This document shows, in pieces, positions 59,659-64,000 of a stretch of 64,000 nt of DNA. Under the pieces are notes generated by a model. It was given only the letters and a program-made list of their open reading frames with translations, had not been told where the DNA came from and made no database searches. The position numbers and the translations under genes were made by a program. Positions within the stretch are counted from its first letter, which is position 1; every line of letters starts with the position of its first letter. This DNA comes from Candidatus Minusculum obligatum (GTDB taxonomy: Bacteria > Patescibacteriota > Minisyncoccia > Phycocordibacterales > Phycocordibacteraceae). The stretch is from contig DCYT01000001.1 in assembly GCA_002331145.1 (NCBI GenBank), positions 154,002-218,001 on the forward strand, in the 5' to 3' direction.

Positions 59659-61146
59659 ATGAGTAACAAAACAACAGTACGACCTCCAGTAGTAGCCGTG
59701 ATGGGACACATCGATCACGGTAAATCTTCTTTGCTTGATTATGTTCGAAAGACAAATGTAGTAGATGGAGAAGCAGGAGGAATCACCCAGCACGTATCAG
59801 CGTATGAGGTAAATCACAAAACCGATGATGGTGAAAAGAAGATTACCTTCCTTGACACTCCAGGACATGAAGCATTCCAGGCAATGCGATCAAGCGGAGC
59901 TGTTATTGCTGACATCGCTATTTTGATTGTTGCAGGAGATGATGGCGTAAAACCTCAAACTCTTGAGGCATACACTGCTATTAAAGAAGCTGGCATTCCT
60001 TTTGTTGTTGCTATTACAAAAATAGACACCAACAATGCAAATGTTGAGAAGGTAAAGACCTCTCTTCTTGAGAATGAAATCTACCTTGAGGGTCTTGGAG
60101 GAGATATTCCCTTCGCTCCTATCTCATCAAAAACTGGAGAAGGTATTCCTGAGCTTCTTGACCTTATTCTTCTAACTGCAGACCTTGAGGAGCTAACAGG
60201 AGACGAATCTCTTCCAGCTGAAGGAGTCGTGCTTGAGGCAACAAAAGACAAGCAGCGAGGAGACTCAGCCACTCTTATCATCAAGAATGGATCTCTAAAG
60301 ACTGGTTCATTTGTTGTGGCAGGAAATACTATGGCACCTATTCGATTTATTGAAGACTTTAAAGGAGATCGGATAGATTCTGCAACATTCTCATCTCCTA
60401 TTCGTATTGTTGGATTTAACGAACTCCCTACTGTTGGATCTGCTTTCACTACCGTTGCCAAAAAGAAAGATGCCGAGAAGTTGGCAAAAGAAGGAGTTGC
60501 AGTACCCAAAGAGACTTTGGAACAGAAAGAAACTGAAACTGGAGCCATCCTCCCTCTTATTATCAAAGCTGATGTAGTTGGAAGTATTCCTGCTATCGAG
60601 CACGAGCTTAAAAAGCTCTCACACGATAATATCGCCATTAAGGTGCTTGATAGTGGTGTTGGAGCTATTAATGAAGGAGATATTAAAACTGCAGTAGCGG
60701 CTCCTAATGGAGTCTGTGTGGCATTCCACACTGGTATTGATAAGGCAGCAGCAGATCTTGCAGATCGCTCTGATATTGAAGCAAAGAGCTTTGATATCAT
60801 CTATGAGCTTGCTGAGTACGTAGAAGAGATTCTTAACTCTCGTGCTCCTAAAGTACAAAAGGAAGAAGTGCTTGGACGAGCAAAGATTATCCGTCTTTTC
60901 AATAAGGTTGGAACAAAGCAAGTATTTGGAGGGAAGGTAAAAGAAGGAGAAGTTCGTCTAAATAGTACCGTGCGTGTCTTACGACGAGATGTGGTACTTG
61001 GAGAAGGAAAACTTATAAACCTTCAGAGTATGCGAGTAGATGTAGATTCAGTTCCTGTAGATACTGAGTTTGGAGGACAGCTTGATTCAAAAGTTGAAAT
61101 GGCTGAAGGAGACTACATTGAGGCATACCACATTGTTGAATCATAA
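59659..61146 (+). CDS. infB: Translation initiation factor IF-2 (lacks the N-terminal extension)
   Basis: [39 protein letters not shown]. Confidence 0.96.
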   Translation: MSNKTTVRPPVVAVMGHIDHGKSSLLDYVRKTNVVDGEAGGITQHVSAYEVNHKTDDGEKKITFLDTPGHEAFQAMRSSGAVIADIAILIVAGDDGVKPQTLEAYTAIKEAGIPFVVAITKIDTNNANVEKVKTSLLENEIYLEGLGGDIPFAPISSKTGEGIPELLDLILLTADLEELTGDESLPAEGVVLEATKDKQRGDSATLIIKNGSLKTGSFVVAGNTMAPIRFIEDFKGDRIDSATFSSPIRIVGFNELPTVGSAFTTVAKKKDAEKLAKEGVAVPKETLEQKETETGAILPLIIKADVVGSIPAIEHELKKLSHDNIAIKVLDSGVGAINEGDIKTAVAAPNGVCVAFHTGIDKAAADLADRSDIEAKSFDIIYELAEYVEEILNSRAPKVQKEEVLGRAKIIRLFNKVGTKQVFGGKVKEGEVRLNSTVRVLRRDVVLGEGKLINLQSMRVDVDSVPVDTEFGGQLDSKVEMAEGDYIEAYHIVES

Positions 61147-61469
61147 TGACTGAGCGACAAGAAAAAGTTAGAGAGGAGCTACTGAAGATTGCGGGAGAGT
61201 TTATTTCTCGTGAAGCAAATAGGAATAACCTTATTACCGCAACAGATGCATCAATCTCCCCCGACCTAAAGCAAGCAACTGTATTCATTAGTGTATTCCC
61301 AAATGACAATGAGCAAGGAGCTCTTGCCTTCCTAAAGCGACATCGAAATGATTTTAGGACCTTCCTAAAGCAGAGAATATCGTTTAAAGTACTACCATTC
61401 GTTGATTTTAAAATTGACGAAGGAGAAAAAAATAGACAGCGTATTGATGAGCTGTCACAGCAAGATTAA
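61146..61469 (+). CDS. rbfA: Ribosome-binding factor A
   Basis: Follows infB; ISPDLKQATVFIS, P...F..D...RIDEL. Confidence 0.88.
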   Translation: MTERQEKVREELLKIAGEFISREANRNNLITATDASISPDLKQATVFISVFPNDNEQGALAFLKRHRNDFRTFLKQRISFKVLPFVDFKIDEGEKNRQRIDELSQQD

Positions 61470-61470
61470 A

Positions 61471-61542
61471 GGCCTGGTGGCGAAGTGGTAACGCTGGGGT
61501 TTGCAAAACCTCCATGCGCGGGTTCGATTCCCGCCCAGGCCT
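61471..61542 (+). tRNA. tRNA-Cys(GCA)
   Basis: GGCCTGG/CCAGGCC acceptor, TTGCAAA loop, GGTTCGATTCC. Confidence 0.92.
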
Positions 61543-61549
61543 CACTCTT

Positions 61550-61635
61550 GCCGGGATGGTGGAATTGGTAGACACGAGGGACTTAAACTCCCTTGATCAA
61601 TTATGATCGTGCGGGTTCAAGTCCCGCTCCCGGCA
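61550..61635 (+). tRNA. tRNA-Leu(UAA)
   Basis: GCCGGGA/TCCCGGC, AGGGA-CTTAAAC-TCCCT, long variable arm. Confidence 0.92.
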
Positions 61636-61680
61636 CAAACGTTGCAAAATCTTGATAGTTCGTTACTATCTGGTGCATAT

Positions 61681-61753
61681 CCGCCTATAGCTCAGTTGGT
61701 AGAGCAACTGCCTCTTAAGCAGTGGGTCCTAGGTTCGAGTCCTAGTGGGCGGA
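61681..61753 (+). tRNA. tRNA-Lys(CUU)
   Basis: CCGCCTA/TGGGCGG, ACTGC-CTCTTAA-GCAGT, GGTTCGAGTCC. Confidence 0.92.
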
Positions 61754-61789
61754 CTCGCAAGTTTTTGATATACTGCGAACCGATCACAT

Positions 61790-61874
61790 GGGGATGTGGC
61801 GGAATTGGTAGACGCGCTAGTCTTAGGAACTAGTAGGGCAACCTGTGGGAGTTCAAGTCTCCCCATCCCCACCA
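61790..61874 (+). tRNA. tRNA-Leu(UAG)
   Basis: GGGGATG/CATCCCC, CTAGT-CTTAGGA-ACTAG, CCA encoded. Confidence 0.92.
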
Positions 61875-61916
61875 ATATATTGAAAGAAAGACCGCTATAC
61901 AAAGCGGTCTTTCTTT

Positions 61917-61944
61917 TTGACAAAGAGAGTGTTTATGGTATAAT
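61917..61944 (+). promoter_or_regulatory. Consensus sigma70 promoter TTGACA-N16-TATAAT for the SPFH gene
   Basis: Perfect hexamers with extended TG, right after the tRNA terminator hairpin; AAGGAGG RBS downstream. Confidence 0.8.
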
Positions 61945-61998
61945 ATATATAGACGTACAGATCTTCGTCAAAAAATCTAGCTACAAAGGAGGCTCCCT

Positions 61999-63000
61999 AT
62001 GTGGACCCTATCAATTGCGGTCACTACGGGGACTCTCCTCGTACTGATCACTGCGTTTTTCTTTTCTAAAAAAGGAACTACGCTTTCTTTGGCCATCGGT
62101 ATCGCTTTCAGCGTGTTGCTCGGCCTCATCATATACGGATTGATTATCTACGGATTCAGAATCGAGCTTTTTGCTCCCTCCTGGATTTCGCAGATTTTCG
62201 CACAGGTTGCTGGAGCCACTTCAGGCTTTACGCTTTTTCGGGCTGGAAGCATTCTTGTTCCCCTAAAGCACAGGGCGGTCATCACCGTGCTCGAAGAGCG
62301 TCGTAATGAATGCCCTACGCTTGGCGAAGGTGCTGCCTGGCTCTTCCCTGGGATCATGGATGCTGTTGCCGTCGATGCAAGGGACTTTGAGGTCAATGTT
62401 TCTGAGTTTGACGTACTTACATCTGATTACATGACGGTCAAGACCAACCCGACCATCGTGCTCGCCGTTGAGTGCCCGAGCGGATACCTAAACGTTGAAG
62501 GTCTCGAAGAGATTGTTCGTCAATTGACGCGACGTGCTACGCGCGCTCGCGCAAATGACCTTGATGTCGACAAGATCGTCATGGAAGACGAAGCACTTTC
62601 CGTTGCGGTCCTGAGTGAACTTCAGGAGTCCTCAGACAGAAATGGCTGGGGTATCAAAATCAAAGAAGTTCGGTTCGAAGGAATCACACCTCCCAAAGAG
62701 ATAACTAAGGCTGCTGAACTGGAGAAAATTGAAGAGTATCAGCGTAGTGCCGAAATATATGAGGCCAAAACCCTCGAAAAGAAAGTAAGTGTTCTTATGG
62801 ACAAGTTCGGCGATGTCGGCATGACACCTGATAAAGCGTTCAATCTGCTTCAGGCAGAGTCAGGGAAAATCACTCGTACCGCCTTCGACCTTGAGGGTAT
62901 CAATACGAGTGACGTTCTCGGAGCAATCGTTGCTGTTGTTGAAGAGCTACGGAAACAAGGTTCAAAAAACGACAGTAAGAATGATGGAGACGCATCATGA
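61999..63000 (+). CDS. SPFH/band 7 domain membrane protein
   Basis: N-terminal TMs, LGEG..WLFPG, VLTSDY, WGIKIKEVRFEGITPP, coiled coil. Confidence 0.82.
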   Translation: MWTLSIAVTTGTLLVLITAFFFSKKGTTLSLAIGIAFSVLLGLIIYGLIIYGFRIELFAPSWISQIFAQVAGATSGFTLFRAGSILVPLKHRAVITVLEERRNECPTLGEGAAWLFPGIMDAVAVDARDFEVNVSEFDVLTSDYMTVKTNPTIVLAVECPSGYLNVEGLEEIVRQLTRRATRARANDLDVDKIVMEDEALSVAVLSELQESSDRNGWGIKIKEVRFEGITPPKEITKAAELEKIEEYQRSAEIYEAKTLEKKVSVLMDKFGDVGMTPDKAFNLLQAESGKITRTAFDLEGINTSDVLGAIVAVVEELRKQGSKNDSKNDGDAS

Positions 63001-63422
63001 GTATGCCAACTTCACGCACCGTAGAGCACGGTCCGAAAGCAACACCTCGATGGCTTTGGCTTTGGTTGGTTATTGCTGTAATTCTCAGCTTGAATGGCAT
63101 CTACTATGCCCATCAAACTGAGCGGCGCAGCTTACAGAGCTCTCGCTCCTCACCCACACAGACCCAGGAAGTCGGGGTTGAAACCTTAACCCTGGCTCCT
63201 GGTGAGAATACACCAATTCAATATGTGCGGGGCAATCGCAGAGTTTGTTTTGACTCTTGGAGCATTGTTCGACCATACTTTTGGTACGATGATGACTCCA
63301 CTGGATCTCTCAAAAAATACGAGGATTCAGAAGTTACTTTTGTACGGTTCCAGATCAGAAATGACTCGGGAGATTCTCTCCCAATTCGCTTCTGGTATAG
63401 GCCATATAATGAAACTTGCTAG
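62997..63422 (+). CDS. Membrane-anchored hypothetical protein
   Basis: ATGA overlap with the SPFH gene; single TM. Confidence 0.65.
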   Translation: MSMPTSRTVEHGPKATPRWLWLWLVIAVILSLNGIYYAHQTERRSLQSSRSSPTQTQEVGVETLTLAPGENTPIQYVRGNRRVCFDSWSIVRPYFWYDDDSTGSLKKYEDSEVTFVRFQIRNDSGDSLPIRFWYRPYNETC

Positions 63423-63433
63423 ATAAATTGGCA

Positions 63434-63463
63434 AAACGGTGAGCCTTTATGGCCCGCCGTTTT
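63434..63463 (+). terminator. Terminator hairpin, copy 1 of a 30-bp direct repeat
   Basis: AAACGGTGAGCC-TTTAT-GGCCCGCCGTTTT followed by a T run. Confidence 0.75.
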
Positions 63464-63653
63464 TCTTTTTTGCGTGTTGAGACAATAGGTCATTTTTTAT
63501 GAAATTGATTCACTTATTAAGAAAATGGCTTAAAATAAAGATTTTTTAGTTAATTTTCTTACTGAATATGTTAAATATTTACAACATTTTCTGAAAACCT
63601 AATATTTGTCTATAGTTCATAATTTTGTGAGCTATAGAAAAAGGAAAGAGAAA

Positions 63654-63824
63654 ATGAGTGGTAAAGAATATGGCCGCGGACGTAGCGATGGACAAGCAAA
63701 CAGCTACAAACCCCCGAGCGGCGACAGCACCTTTGGTTTCGGCGAAAGCCAGAAATCTATCGAAGCAAAAAAGGATTATTCTCAAGGCTGGAGGCACGGT
63801 CAAGAAGACCGTAAAAAGTCCTGA
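63654..63824 (+). CDS. Small hydrophilic hypothetical protein (56 aa)
   Basis: Purine-rich leader, MSGKEYGRGRSDG...YSQGWRHGQEDRKKS, followed by a terminator. Confidence 0.5.
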   Translation: MSGKEYGRGRSDGQANSYKPPSGDSTFGFGESQKSIEAKKDYSQGWRHGQEDRKKS

Positions 63825-63837
63825 GTTCTCTAACTGC

Positions 63838-63867
63838 AAACGGCGAGCCTTTATGGCCCGCCGTTTT
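63838..63867 (+). terminator. Terminator hairpin, copy 2 (29/30 identical to 63434-63463)
   Basis: AAACGGCGAGCC-TTTAT-GGCCCGCCGTTTT followed by a T run. Confidence 0.75.
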
Positions 63868-64000
63868 CTTTTTTATAACGATTCTATTGGAGCATCTAAG
63901 CCGAACGTATTTAATACAATCCGTAAGATTCCGAACACACCAAACATAATGGCAAGCCCAACAATACCCCAAATCATATGACTTCTTCCTTTTGCACGCG

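Overview
The window has two halves that meet at one tRNA. Bases 1-40500 are a GC-rich (roughly 55-62% by eye), Alphaproteobacteria-like (Caulobacterales/Hyphomonadaceae-style) composite mobile island. It carries a type II secretion cluster next to a signal-peptide-bearing RHS/YD protein, a desaturase-like/B12 glutamate-mutase-like/quinone-reductase operon, and a 1244-aa orphan. It also has two intact large serine recombinases (LSRs) plus a fragment of a third, two short FimB-like tyrosine recombinases, two VirD4-like ATPases, ParB and a Rep-like gene. Bases 40501-64000 are an AT-rich (roughly 35-45% GC by eye), compact chromosome resembling Patescibacteria/CPR (Parcubacteria-like): dnaX, dus, serS, dprA, topA, short rel, parB, tdk, miaA, pilin, rpmG, clpB, infB, rbfA and seven tRNAs. 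The junction is exactly at the CCA end of tRNA-Gln, which the island LSR reads into. The most striking unexplained structure is at 26391-29973: two adjacent segments, each bounded by an inverted pair of palindromic TGAACACT-N9-AGTGTTCA sites with its own spacer. Each segment contains its own recombinase and an outward-facing TTGACG-N17-A(A/T)CACT promoter candidate. The left promoter faces a lipoprotein/membrane-protein/HTH/LSR operon. Taxonomic and family calls come from motif recognition only; no database searches were run.
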